A stretch of 64,000 nucleotides of DNA, taken from the NCBI GenBank assembly GCA_036012755.1, contig DASCPX010000240.1, forward strand, positions 1 to 64,000, given 5' to 3'. The notes under the pieces were generated by a model. The model was not told where the DNA came from and did not search any database. It saw nothing but the letters and a program-made list of their open reading frames with translations. How positions within the stretch are numbered: the stretch's first letter is position 1; each line of letters starts with the position of its first letter. The DNA comes from Myxococcota bacterium (GTDB lineage: Bacteria > Myxococcota_A > UBA796 > CAJQPC01). The translations under genes and the position numbers were made by a program. Shown piece after piece: positions 40,692 to 50,136 of the stretch.

Positions 40692-43600
40692 TCAGGTCTC
40701 TCTGGTTTCTGGAAACGCGGCGTCGATCTGCCCGAAGATCGCCTCGTCCGTGTAGTGATCAAGCACCACCGCAGTGGTCGGGCACTTCGTACAGCAGAGG
40801 CCGTCCCCCTTGCAGAGGACCGGGTTGACCTCGGCCTTCTTCCCATGGGGAGTGTTGCGCATCTGGATCGCCCCGTAGGTACACGCCGTGACGCAGGCCC
40901 CGCAAGCGATACAGTCGGCCTCGATCACCCTGCACACCGAGCCGGACGCGGTCACCGTGTCCTGAGAGAGCAGGCTGGACGCCCGACCCGCAGCGCCGAG
41001 CGCGGAGCTCACCGTCTCCGAGAGGTGCTTGGGATAGTGCGCGGCGCCACAGAGGAAGACCCCGTCGGCGGCGGAGTCCACCGGCCTCAGCTTGACGTGG
41101 GCCTCCTGGAGGAAGCCGTCCGGGTTCTTGGCCACCTTGTACAGGCGGGCCGCCTCGTCGCTGCCTGCTGAGGGCACCACTGCCGCAGAGAGGACCAGGA
41201 CGTCGGCGTCCAGCGCGAGCCTCTGGCCCAGGATGGGGTCCGGGACGGTCACCCGCAACACCGGCCTGCCATCCTCCACGATCGCCTCCACCTCTGGCTG
41301 GTCGGAGGCCTCGAAGCGCACGAACCTCACCCCCTCGCCTGCCGCCTCGCGGTAGGAGTCCTCGCCGAAACCGTAGGTCCTCATGTCTCGGAAGAGGATG
41401 GTGACCTCCACGCCGACCTTCGCGAGCGACAGCGCGTTCTTCACGGCGTGGTTGCAGCAGACGCGAGCACAGTAGCTCCTGTCCTCGCGCCTGCACCCGA
41501 CACACTGGATCATCACCAGTGAGCTGGCGTCGGCGAGCCGCTGTCCCCCGCGCTGGAGCTCTTCCTCGAGCTCGAGCTGGGTCCACACGCGGTCGTGTCG
41601 TCCGTAGAGGTACTCGGTAGGCACGTACTCCGCGGCGCCGGTGGCGAGGATGACGGCTCCGTGCTCGACGCGCTTGACCCTGCCCTCGGACGAGATCGTC
41701 GTGACGAAGTTGCCGACATAGCCGGAGACGTCCGTGATGGTCGCGCCATGCGAGACCTGGATCAACCGGTGGCGGTAGACCTTGCCGACGAGATGGCGAA
41801 GCGTCGCCCGGACGTCCATGCCGTCCAGGGTGGATGAGATCCTCCGCGCCATTCCGCCGAGCTCCGCGTCTCTCTCCACCAGGGCGACCTCGAAGCCCTG
41901 GTCGGCCAGGTTCAGGGCAGCGGTCATGCCCGCCAGGCCGCCCCCGACCACCAGGGCCCGCTTGTTGACTGGCAGGTCGAACTCCCGGAGGGGCTGGAGC
42001 TGAGCCGTGCGGGCGACGGACATGCGAACGATGTCCTTTGCCTTCGCGGTGGCTTCCTCCTTCTGCTTGGAGTGCACCCAGGAGCAGTGCTCCCGGATGT
42101 TGGCCATGTCGAAGAAGTACTGGTTGATGCCCCCTTCCCGCAGGGTGTCCCTGAACAGCGGCTCGTGGGTCCTGGGCGTGCAGGCGGCGACGACCACGCG
42201 GTTGAGGCCCTTGTCCCGGATGGTGTTCGAGATCTGCGCAGCCGCGTCCGTGGAGCAGATGAACAGGCCCTCCTCGGCGTGGGCCACGTTGTCGAGGGTC
42301 TCGGCGTACTCGACCAGCGACGGGATGTTCACGACCCGCCCGATGTTGGCGCCACAGTGACACGCGAAGACCCCGACGCGGACCTCCTCCTCCGAGACAT
42401 CCCGCTCCGGTGGGTAGATGCGCTCCTTGGCCATCTTGCCGCGGCGGTAGGTCAGCAGATCGGCGGCGAGGGCGCCGGCCCCGCTGGCAGTCGTGACCGC
42501 CTCCGGGATGTCCATCGGCCCCTGGAAGGCCCCGCTGACATAGACGCCGCGGCGCGTGGTCTCCATTGGGCTGGCAGGGTTCGTCTTGCAGAAGTCGTGC
42601 TCGTCCAGCTCGATGTCGAACTGATCGGCGAGCCGCCTCGCATCGGCGGGGGCCTCCAGCCCGATCCCGAGGACCACGAGGTCGAACTCCTCTTCCTTCA
42701 CGCCATCGACCGTGGCGTAGCGGATGGTCACGTTCTTCGTCGACGGGATCTCCCTCCCGATCGAGACGTAGCTCCGGATGAACTCGACCCCCGGGAGCTT
42801 CTCTGCGCGCTGGTAGAAGCGCTCGAAGTCCTTGCCGTAGGAGCGGATGTCGTTGTGGAAGATCGTCGCCTGGGTGTCGGCGGAGTGGTCCTTGGCCAGG
42901 ATCACCTGCTTCTGGATGTAGGAGCAGCAGACCGATGAGCAGTAGCTGTTCCCGCCGTCGTTGACCTGTCGGGATCCGACACAGTGGATCCAGGCGATCT
43001 TGTGGGGATGGGCGCCGTCAGAGGGGCGCAGGATCTCGCCTTCATGGGGACCCGTCGCGCACATCAGCCGCTCGAAGTCGAGGCTGGTCACCACGTTCTC
43101 GATCGAGCCATAGCCGTAGTCGCCACGCACCCTGGGATCGAAGGGAGAGAACCCGGGGCTCAGGATGATCGCGCCGACGTTGATCTCCTGGATCTGCGCC
43201 AACTGGTTGAGATCGATGGCGTTGTTCTTGCAGACACCCACGCAGATGGAGCACTTCTCGTCCTCCAGGTACAGGCACCGCTCGTCGATGTAGGGGACCA
43301 GCGGGACCGCCTGGGAGAAGTAGATGTGGATGGCCTTGTTGTCAGACAGATCCTGGTTGAAGGGGTCCTTGATGTTGACCGGACAGTACTCCGTACAGAT
43401 AGTGCAACCTGTGCAGAGGTCTTCGTCGACGTACCTGGCCTTCCGGTTGAGCGTGACGGTGAAGTCGCCAGCCTGACCCTCGACCCGATCCACCTCTGTG
43501 TAGGTCAGGATCTCGATGTTGGGGTGACGGTCACACTCGATGAACTTGGGTGACTCGATGCACATCGAGCAGTCGTTGGTCGGGAAGGTCTTGTCCAGCT

Positions 43601-43745
43601 GCGCCATCTTGCCGCCGATCGTCGGCGCCTTCTCGACGAGGAAGACCTTGTACCCGGCGGTGCCGAGATCGAGGGCGGCCTGGATTCCGCTGATCCCGCC
43701 TCCAACGACCATGACGTCGCCGAAGCTGGCGCCCGCACTGTTCAT
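40692..43745 (-). CDS. bamE: HdrA-like flavo-iron-sulfur subunit of class II benzoyl-CoA reductase
   Basis: VVGGGISG, MAQLDKTFPTNDC, CVGSR..YCSSVCC, AACTPRTHE, NIREHCSW, second GGGLAG FAD domain, ferredoxin motifs. Confidence 0.9.
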   Translation of the reverse strand: MNSAGASFGDVMVVGGGISGIQAALDLGTAGYKVFLVEKAPTIGGKMAQLDKTFPTNDCSMCIESPKFIECDRHPNIEILTYTEVDRVEGQAGDFTVTLNRKARYVDEDLCTGCTICTEYCPVNIKDPFNQDLSDNKAIHIYFSQAVPLVPYIDERCLYLEDEKCSICVGVCKNNAIDLNQLAQIQEINVGAIILSPGFSPFDPRVRGDYGYGSIENVVTSLDFERLMCATGPHEGEILRPSDGAHPHKIAWIHCVGSRQVNDGGNSYCSSVCCSYIQKQVILAKDHSADTQATIFHNDIRSYGKDFERFYQRAEKLPGVEFIRSYVSIGREIPSTKNVTIRYATVDGVKEEEFDLVVLGIGLEAPADARRLADQFDIELDEHDFCKTNPASPMETTRRGVYVSGAFQGPMDIPEAVTTASGAGALAADLLTYRRGKMAKERIYPPERDVSEEEVRVGVFACHCGANIGRVVNIPSLVEYAETLDNVAHAEEGLFICSTDAAAQISNTIRDKGLNRVVVAACTPRTHEPLFRDTLREGGINQYFFDMANIREHCSWVHSKQKEEATAKAKDIVRMSVARTAQLQPLREFDLPVNKRALVVGGGLAGMTAALNLADQGFEVALVERDAELGGMARRISSTLDGMDVRATLRHLVGKVYRHRLIQVSHGATITDVSGYVGNFVTTISSEGRVKRVEHGAVILATGAAEYVPTEYLYGRHDRVWTQLELEEELQRGGQRLADASSLVMIQCVGCRREDRSYCARVCCNHAVKNALSLAKVGVEVTILFRDMRTYGFGEDSYREAAGEGVRFVRFEASDQPEVEAIVEDGRPVLRVTVPDPILGQRLALDADVLVLSAAVVPSAGSDEAARLYKVAKNPDGFLQEAHVKLRPVDSAADGVFLCGAAHYPKHLSETVSSALGAAGRASSLLSQDTVTASGSVCRVIEADCIACGACVTACTYGAIQMRNTPHGKKAEVNPVLCKGDGLCCTKCPTTAVVLDHYTDEAIFGQIDAAFPETRET

Positions 43746-44905
43746 GGCGTCCCCTCGCTCACCGACTCCCAGAGGACCTCCGCCAGGTCCTTGATCTCCA
43801 TGGTCTGGCCGTCTTCCAGGGACAACCTGCTGTCCTCGAAGTTGCTGATGCAGTAGGGGCAGGAGGTGACCAGCACCTCGGCGCCCGCGTCCACGGCCTG
43901 CTCCAGCCTGAGGTCGGAGAACCTCTCCCCCTTGGGGGTCTCCATCCAGATCCTGCCGCCTCCACCCCCGCAGCACAGGCTCTCTTCCCGGTTGTCCGCC
44001 ATCTCCGCCAGCTCCAGCCCCGACAGTCTCCGGAGGAGCTCCCTGGGCGGATCGTAGATGCCGTTGTGTCGGCCGAGGTAGCAGGGATCGTGGTAGGTGA
44101 CCTTCTTGTCGAAGGCGCCGAGTTCCAGTCGTCCCTCTTCGACCAACCGAGACAACAGCTCGGTGAGGTGGACCACCTCGAAACTCACCATGAACTCTGG
44201 ATACTCGTTCGCGAAGGTGTGGTAGCAGTGGGGCGAGGAGACCAGGATCTTCTTCACGCCGTGGTCGATGAAGGTCTTGATGTTCTCTCGGGCCAGCTTC
44301 TTGAAGACCTCTTCGTCGCCGGTCTTGCGGATGCTCTCGCCACAGCAGCTCTCTTTGGCACCCAGGACGCCGAAGTCCACGCCGGCCCGCTTCAGGAGCT
44401 CGGCGGTGGCGCGGGCGACCTGCTGCAGTCTCGGGTCGAAGCTGTAGTAGCAACCGACGAAGTACAGGAACTCCATCCCCTCGGCGTAGGGCTTCAACCC
44501 CAGACCGGCGGCCCAGTCGGTCCGCTCGTCCCTCTCCGCGCCCAGGGGGTTGCCATCGGAACGAAGGCTCGCGGCGGCGGAGCACACTCCACGAACAGAT
44601 GTGGGGAAGACCTCGTAGGAGGTAGCGATCCGGCGCAGGGAGACACCCACCTCGACCTGCTGCACGCCCCGAGGACACTTCGAAGGGCAGAGGCCGCAGG
44701 TGGTGCAGCGCCACATGTCCTCGAGCTCGATCTCGGGCAGGCCGAAGGTGGCCTGCCGGATGATCTTGCGAATGCTGAAGGACCGCATCCTGTTCCAGGG
44801 GCAGACCACGTCACACTTCCCGCACTGGTAGCAGTACTTGAAGGCATCGCCGCCGGCGTCCTTGATCTCCTGGACGATCTCGGCGAAGGGGGTGACGGTC
44901 TCCAT
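43742..44905 (-). CDS. bamD: HdrC/HdrB-like Fe-S protein with CCG domains
   Basis: CYQCGKCDVVCP, CTTCGLCPSKCP, SCCGE, YHDPCYLGR, CCGGGGG, SCPYC. Confidence 0.9.
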   Translation of the reverse strand: METVTPFAEIVQEIKDAGGDAFKYCYQCGKCDVVCPWNRMRSFSIRKIIRQATFGLPEIELEDMWRCTTCGLCPSKCPRGVQQVEVGVSLRRIATSYEVFPTSVRGVCSAAASLRSDGNPLGAERDERTDWAAGLGLKPYAEGMEFLYFVGCYYSFDPRLQQVARATAELLKRAGVDFGVLGAKESCCGESIRKTGDEEVFKKLARENIKTFIDHGVKKILVSSPHCYHTFANEYPEFMVSFEVVHLTELLSRLVEEGRLELGAFDKKVTYHDPCYLGRHNGIYDPPRELLRRLSGLELAEMADNREESLCCGGGGGRIWMETPKGERFSDLRLEQAVDAGAEVLVTSCPYCISNFEDSRLSLEDGQTMEIKDLAEVLWESVSEGTP

Positions 44906-44910
44906 CAGGC

Positions 44911-45447
44911 TCAGGTCTTCTCCGCCAGCCTGCGCACGGCCTCGACCACCTTTGGCCAGCCGTGCTTGTTGGCGATCGCCTCGAGGTCGACGTCCAGATC
45001 CTCGAGGAGCGCTGCGGCGGGCACCTCTTCCTGGCGCTCCTCGTAAACCAGGGCATCTGCGAGGCACCACTGGACACACCAGGGCTCCTCGAGAGTGGGA
45101 TCCGACTCGCACATGTCGCACTTGAGCGGCAGATCGGAGTCCGGCTCCGTGAAGATGTCGCGGGATGGGCACGACGCGCGGCAGAAGGAGCACTCCTCGT
45201 AGCGCCTCCCGTCGATGATGTACTGGTCCCGACCAGCACACTCCGCGGCCGTGTACTCGCCCGCGTAGACGGGCAGGTAGACGTCCTCCAGCGGGTCACG
45301 AATCACGCGGATGCGGGCCCTGGCCGGGTTGACGCTGCTGAAGCGTGGGGTCGCGTGAAAGGACGAGCAGATCACCTCGCAGGCCCGACAGCCGTTGCAC
45401 TTGTCCACGTCGATCTTGATGGTCTTGACGGTCTTGGTCGGGGTCAC
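44911..45447 (-). CDS. bamC: [4Fe-4S] electron-transfer subunit of class II benzoyl-CoA reductase
   Basis: CNGCRACEVICS, YAGEYT..EC.GRD, ECSFCRASCPSRD, LPLKCDMC, matching BamC as recalled. Confidence 0.92.
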   Translation of the reverse strand: MTPTKTVKTIKIDVDKCNGCRACEVICSSFHATPRFSSVNPARARIRVIRDPLEDVYLPVYAGEYTAAECAGRDQYIIDGRRYEECSFCRASCPSRDIFTEPDSDLPLKCDMCESDPTLEEPWCVQWCLADALVYEERQEEVPAAALLEDLDVDLEAIANKHGWPKVVEAVRRLAEKT

Positions 45448-47441
45448 GTCGCGCCCGCCTCTTTCGGCCCGGGCGCCCCATCGGGGCCCAGGATCCCGCG
45501 CTCTTCGAACTCGTCGGCCACGTAGCCGAGGTCAAGCAGCTCCAGGGTCTCCCGGGTCGGCACGCCCTCGCTGTTCCAGCCCTTGAACTTGTAGTACTCG
45601 TCCAGGAGCTTCTCCTCGAGCTCGGGGAACCTCCGCCTCCAGTGATCATCGGGCGGCTTCTCGTCCGCCCTGGTCAGCCCTCTCCGGAGGTTGTTGGCCC
45701 TGACCAGGTTCCTGTTCCTGCGGGTGAGGTGCGTCAGGCTGTCTTCGTCCAGCTCCAACCCGGTGGCGCTGGAGATCAGCTCTGGCAGGTTGTGGATGTG
45801 GAATGGAGGCTTGAGCGGGAAGGAGGACAAGCCGGCGCACATGCCCGTGCTGTCGTCAATGTAGTGCATCTTCTCCTGCCAGTGCACGATCTCGCAGGTC
45901 GCCTCGATCGGGGGGTAGTGCGGGATGGACTTCTCTCCGCGCAGCTCCCAGTCCTCGAACCACTGCTTGAAGCGCTCGTCCGGGACGTGGGGCCACTCCT
46001 CCGTGAAGGCCTCGCGCTCTTCTCTGGTGCGGAAGGGCGCTTGTGGGAAGTTCCCCTCGATCTGCGTGATGCTGGCCTTCTCGCCCGTGCAGTACATCAA
46101 GAAGTAGATGGGGTTCAGCATCCCGAGCTTCAGCGGAAGCTGCTCGTGCTTGCGGATGTTGTTGTGGGCGTACTCGTCCGAGCCCTTGCCGATCTTCTCG
46201 GCCGCCCAGTGCGTGCCGTCGGCGAGGACGTCGCCGATGCCCTCGCGGCGCACGATCTTCTCGAGCAGGTAGTAGAAGCGCCCCTCGCTATCAGGGGGCA
46301 TCCCCGGGAAGTCGCTGTCGGTCAGGATGCCGTCCTCGAGCAGCTCGATGGCGAAGGCCATGGTCTGGGGGGCGGAGAACGCATCGACGCCGTGCTCCGT
46401 GGCCTTCTGGGCGATGCGCAGACCGAAGTCCAGGTCGGACATGGCGCCCATCGTGTAGGTGAGCTTGGAGAAGCACTTCATCATGTACGAGCAGAATCTC
46501 GTGTCGACGGCGATGGACGCTCCGCACTTCAGCGGGCAGTTGTGGCAACTCAACAGCCGCGTCCGCATGGTCTCCATCGTGTTGGTCCACTTCTCCGCCA
46601 CCTCCTCGGTCCAGAAGCCCTTCCGGCGGTGGCGCGCGTTGCCCCACACGAAGTTCTCCGTGTGCCACTGCTCGTCGTGGACGATCATCTCCTGGGGAGA
46701 GCCCAGCCCGGCCACGATGGGCATGACGCCGGGGATGGGGTTCTTCTCGCGGATCTTGATGTACTTCAGGGCCTCGTTGCAGAGCTTCAGGAACTCGGCC
46801 GGCCGAGCTATCTCGAGGTCACCCGTGCCCCGAACGGCGATGGCCTTGAGGTTCTTGTCTCCCATGACCGCGCCCATGCCGAGTCGGCTGGCGCTCGACC
46901 GTCCCTGCTCGATCGACGCGTAAAAGACCCTGTTCTCCCCGGCCAGGCCGATCGAGGCCACGGCGGCTCCGGGCTCGTCGAGCTCCTGCCGGATCAGCTC
47001 CGCGGTCTCCAGCGTCCCCAGACCCTTGAAGTGGGAGGCGTCGCGGATCTCCACCACGTCGTCCTTGATCCAGAGGTAGACCAGCTCCGGGGACTTGCCG
47101 CGAATGACCACCTTGTCGTAGCCGGCGTGCTTGAGCTCGGGCCCCCAGAAACCACCCATCATCGAGAACGCGAACAGCCGAGTCTGGGGCGAGATCGCAG
47201 AGACGACGGTGCGATTGGTGCCGGGAGCGGGGGTGCCCGCGAGGAGTCCGGTGCCGAAGACGAGCACGTTGTCCGGAGAGAAGGGCTCCACCTCCGGGGG
47301 AGTGCGATCCCACAGCAACCTGGCGTTGGTGCCCAGTCCCCCGAGGTGCAGCTCCGTGAGACGCGGGTCGGTCGCGACACGCTCGATGCTCCCGCGGGTG
47401 AGGTCGATCTCCAGGTTGAAGCCTGTCTCCGCGTACCTCAT
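45444..47441 (-). CDS. bamB: Tungstopterin active-site subunit of class II benzoyl-CoA reductase (AOR family)
   Basis: MRYAETG start, FSMMGGFW, GLGSPQEMIVHDEQWHTENF, SCHNCPLKC, YMMKCFSKLTY, SSFPLKPP: colinear with Geobacter BamB as recalled. Confidence 0.93.
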   Translation of the reverse strand: MRYAETGFNLEIDLTRGSIERVATDPRLTELHLGGLGTNARLLWDRTPPEVEPFSPDNVLVFGTGLLAGTPAPGTNRTVVSAISPQTRLFAFSMMGGFWGPELKHAGYDKVVIRGKSPELVYLWIKDDVVEIRDASHFKGLGTLETAELIRQELDEPGAAVASIGLAGENRVFYASIEQGRSSASRLGMGAVMGDKNLKAIAVRGTGDLEIARPAEFLKLCNEALKYIKIREKNPIPGVMPIVAGLGSPQEMIVHDEQWHTENFVWGNARHRRKGFWTEEVAEKWTNTMETMRTRLLSCHNCPLKCGASIAVDTRFCSYMMKCFSKLTYTMGAMSDLDFGLRIAQKATEHGVDAFSAPQTMAFAIELLEDGILTDSDFPGMPPDSEGRFYYLLEKIVRREGIGDVLADGTHWAAEKIGKGSDEYAHNNIRKHEQLPLKLGMLNPIYFLMYCTGEKASITQIEGNFPQAPFRTREEREAFTEEWPHVPDERFKQWFEDWELRGEKSIPHYPPIEATCEIVHWQEKMHYIDDSTGMCAGLSSFPLKPPFHIHNLPELISSATGLELDEDSLTHLTRRNRNLVRANNLRRGLTRADEKPPDDHWRRRFPELEEKLLDEYYKFKGWNSEGVPTRETLELLDLGYVADEFEERGILGPDGAPGPKEAGAT

Positions 47442-47527
47442 CGAGCGCTCCTGGCATCGCCGTCGGCGGGGGCGCTGCCCCCGGGAGAGGGTTCTATTCC
47501 ACCGCGCCCGCCTCTGCGGCGAGTCTA
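47442..47527 (-). promoter_or_regulatory. Putative bam operon -10 element (TAGACT), leader hairpin and AGGAG RBS
   Basis: Minus strand TAGACT at 47527-47522, GGGGGC-AGC-GCCCCC hairpin, AGGAG 6 nt before the ATG. Confidence 0.4.
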
Positions 47528-47634
47528 GTTCTCTTCGGCGCGAGTTCCGACGCAGTCGGGGCTGCGACGGGGTGAACGGCGGCGCGCGCCGAAGGCGCCG
47601 GTGGAAGGCGCGTCGCGACTTCCGCCGAGGGGCA

Positions 47635-47856
47635 CTACCCGAGTTCCGCCTCGACCGTGCCTCGCAGCTCGACCTCCTCGCTCCAGCCGCTGCCACCGTA
47701 CTCGACGGTGTCGTCCCACTCGAGCTCCAGGTCACCGTCTTCGGCCGTGCCGGAGAGCTCCGCCTCGTACTCTTCTGCGCCGTCGCGGTCCCACATCTCG
47801 TAGACGACCTCGACGCCAAGTGAAACGGCGGTCGAACCCCTGATGTCGAGTCTCAT
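47635..47856 (-). pseudogene. Short acidic ORF, likely the C-terminal remnant of a secreted protein
   Basis: Protein-like acidic beta-strand pattern, no signal peptide, begins next to the 47863 palindrome. Confidence 0.4.
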
Positions 47857-47859
47857 GTC

Positions 47860-47888
47860 TTGACTTGACGTGTCAAGTGGCGCATCCT
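47860..47888 (+). promoter_or_regulatory. Sigma70-like promoter (TTGACT-17-CATCCT) overlapped by palindrome ACTTGAC-GT-GTCAAGT
   Basis: Read directly; palindrome at 47863-47878. Confidence 0.5.
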
Positions 47889-47909
47889 GGTCCCCTGCGA
47901 GGAGACAGA

Positions 47910-48836
47910 ATGTCCCGCGACAACGCAAAGAAGACAGACGAGACCCCCCTCCCGGAGCTCGACGGCCTCGATCTGCCCAAGCCCGAGCACGTCCCGGGGG
48001 ACCTCGAAGACCTCTACGAAGAAGACGTCAGCGACGAGATCACCGACGTCGATCGCTTCGACGTCCCCGAGCCTCGCAACCTGGAGCCCCAGGGCTACCT
48101 GCCACCACCGGACCACCCGAAGGACGACTCGCTGGTCGAGCAGCGCGTCCGCGAGACCGGATGCGTCCTGCTGAGCACCGACGAGGAGGCCATCAGGGCA
48201 CACATGCTCTACGAAGGCACTCGGACCGAGCGCGACCTCGACCGTGGAGAGGACGCCCTGCTCCGTTGGCGCCTGAAGTCCGGCCAGCGCCAGCGGGAGC
48301 ACGCCGAGCGCACCGCCTTCGAGAATGCCGGGCGCAGAAAGGCAGTGGGCTCAGCCATGTTCGTCGGCCTCGTGCTGGGAGGATCCGTCTGGGTCGCCGT
48401 GCTGCTCGGTGACGCGACGACCCAGCCCGAGTCGCCCCTCCCGGAGCTCACGCCCGCGGTCCTGGCCGCAGTGGCCGCGCCTGTCGTGGTCCCACCGGTG
48501 ATCACCGAGGTCGACGGAGGCACCCTCGTCGAGGTGCAGACCGAGCTCTGGACCCCGCCCGTCATCGAGGGCAGCTACAGGAGCTGGGACAACGACGGCC
48601 ACCGTTTCTGGCAGTTCGACTTCGCCAGCGAGGACCCGATGAACCTGCGGTGGGTGGATCCCGCCGGCGAGGTCCGCCTCGACGACACGGTCTGCGACAA
48701 CCGCATAGACGGCGCCACCGGCCGCTGCTACGTCGGACGGAACATCGCCCGCTTCGCCGACGCCCCTGATGGGGAGTGGACGCTGGTCGGCTGTCTCGAC
48801 GCGCGCTGCGGCCCGGTCTCGACCTTCGAGTTCTAG
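47910..48836 (+). CDS. Hypothetical bitopic membrane protein
   Basis: GAGGAG RBS, acidic N-terminus, one TM, Cys-paired C-domain. Confidence 0.7.
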   Translation: MSRDNAKKTDETPLPELDGLDLPKPEHVPGDLEDLYEEDVSDEITDVDRFDVPEPRNLEPQGYLPPPDHPKDDSLVEQRVRETGCVLLSTDEEAIRAHMLYEGTRTERDLDRGEDALLRWRLKSGQRQREHAERTAFENAGRRKAVGSAMFVGLVLGGSVWVAVLLGDATTQPESPLPELTPAVLAAVAAPVVVPPVITEVDGGTLVEVQTELWTPPVIEGSYRSWDNDGHRFWQFDFASEDPMNLRWVDPAGEVRLDDTVCDNRIDGATGRCYVGRNIARFADAPDGEWTLVGCLDARCGPVSTFEF

Positions 48837-50110
48837 CCCAGCAGCTTCGCGAAGACCCTGGTCGTCGGCTCGACGTCCCCGGCTCCGGCCAGCTCACGCA
48901 CCGAGTGCATGGCGAGCTGCGCGCAGCCCACGTCAACCGTACGGATGCCGAGCCTGGCAGCGCTGATCGGACCTATGGTCGAGCCGCAGGACAGGTCGGT
49001 GCGGTTGATGAACTCCTGCACCGGCACCCCGAGGTCGTGACAGGCCGCCTTGAAGCGCGCAGCGGTCTCGGCATCGGTGGCGTAGCGCTGGGTCGTGTTG
49101 ACCTTCACCACCGGACCCCCGTTGATGGCCGGCTTGTGGTTGCCGTCGTGGCGGTCGGCGTAGTTGGGATGCACGCCGTGGGCCATGTCCGAGCTGACCT
49201 GGAAGCTGTTCGCGGTCGCCCGCTCGAAGCCTCCTGGCTGCCGCTCGGTGTGGGCAGCCTCCAGGCGCCTCAGCAGGTTCTCCAGCACGGCTCCCTCCGC
49301 ACCCTGGGCCGAGCCGCTGCCGACCTCTTCGTGGTCGTAGAGCGCAACGACGGCAGTGGCATCGCCCACATCCGCGCCAAGCAGGGCATGTAGCGCGACG
49401 TAGCAGCTGAACTGGTTGTCCATTCGGGAGGCGAGCACGAACTCCTCGTCGAGACCACCGAGGGTGGGCTCCTGCAGGTCGTGCAGCATGAGGTCCCAGC
49501 CGAGCACCTGCTCGAGCTCGACGTCGAGGCCCTCCTTCAAGAGCCGCTCGAGCGCCCCGGGACCCTCTTCCCCGAGACCGAGGATGGGCGGAAGCTCGGT
49601 CTGCTTGTTCGGCTTGAAGCCCTTGGTGCGGATGTCCCGGTTCAAGTGGACCGCCAGGCTGGTCACCCGCGCCACCGGCCGGTCGATACGCAGGAGCCTC
49701 ATGTCCACCCCGTCATCGCCGCGGACGGCGACGCGGCCGCAGAGGCCCAGGTCCCGGTCGAACCAAGTGTAGGGCAGGACGCCGCCGTAGACCTCGACCC
49801 CCCACTGGCGGAAACCCTCCTTGCAGTACTCGGCAGCAGGCTTCAGGCGCAGGTTCGGGCTGTCCGTGTGTGCGCCGACCAGCCGGAAACCAGCCCGAGC
49901 CGGGCTGTCACGTCCCGCAACCCAGGCCACGATCGTGCCTGCCCGCCGGAGATAGCCGCGGTCACCCGCCTGGACGGACCCCAGGTCGGAGCGCTCGTCC
50001 ACCTCGACGAAGCCCGCGTCCCTCAGCACCGCCGCGCTCGTCTCGACGCAGTGGTAGGGGCTCGGACCGGCTCTCACGAATTCGATCAGTCCGCGGGCAC
50101 TGGCTATCAT
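48833..50110 (-). CDS. apeB: M18 family aspartyl aminopeptidase
   Basis: GAHTDSP, SRMDN, DHEEVGS, DMAHGVHPNY, CGSTIGP, MHSVRE. Confidence 0.93.
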   Translation of the reverse strand: MIASARGLIEFVRAGPSPYHCVETSAAVLRDAGFVEVDERSDLGSVQAGDRGYLRRAGTIVAWVAGRDSPARAGFRLVGAHTDSPNLRLKPAAEYCKEGFRQWGVEVYGGVLPYTWFDRDLGLCGRVAVRGDDGVDMRLLRIDRPVARVTSLAVHLNRDIRTKGFKPNKQTELPPILGLGEEGPGALERLLKEGLDVELEQVLGWDLMLHDLQEPTLGGLDEEFVLASRMDNQFSCYVALHALLGADVGDATAVVALYDHEEVGSGSAQGAEGAVLENLLRRLEAAHTERQPGGFERATANSFQVSSDMAHGVHPNYADRHDGNHKPAINGGPVVKVNTTQRYATDAETAARFKAACHDLGVPVQEFINRTDLSCGSTIGPISAARLGIRTVDVGCAQLAMHSVRELAGAGDVEPTTRVFAKLLG

Positions 50111-50136
50111 CTGGCCTCCGTGCCATGCTCTATCCG

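Noticed and set aside
40692..44714. 1340-aa BamE as an apparent fusion
   Set aside because: The N-terminal 323 residues are an off-frame overlap of bamD; the real start is 43745 (ATGA overlap).
45444..47441. Generic aldehyde:ferredoxin oxidoreductase
   Set aside because: BamB-specific motifs and the bamCDEF context fit class II benzoyl-CoA reductase better.
47442..47634. Moco/Wco riboswitch upstream of bamB
   Set aside because: Hairpins are present but I cannot recognise the conserved riboswitch architecture; an Rfam scan would be needed.
47863..47878. FNR box controlling bam
   Set aside because: The spacer is 2 bp rather than the 4 bp of TTGAT-N4-ATCAA, and the site is over 400 bp from bamB.
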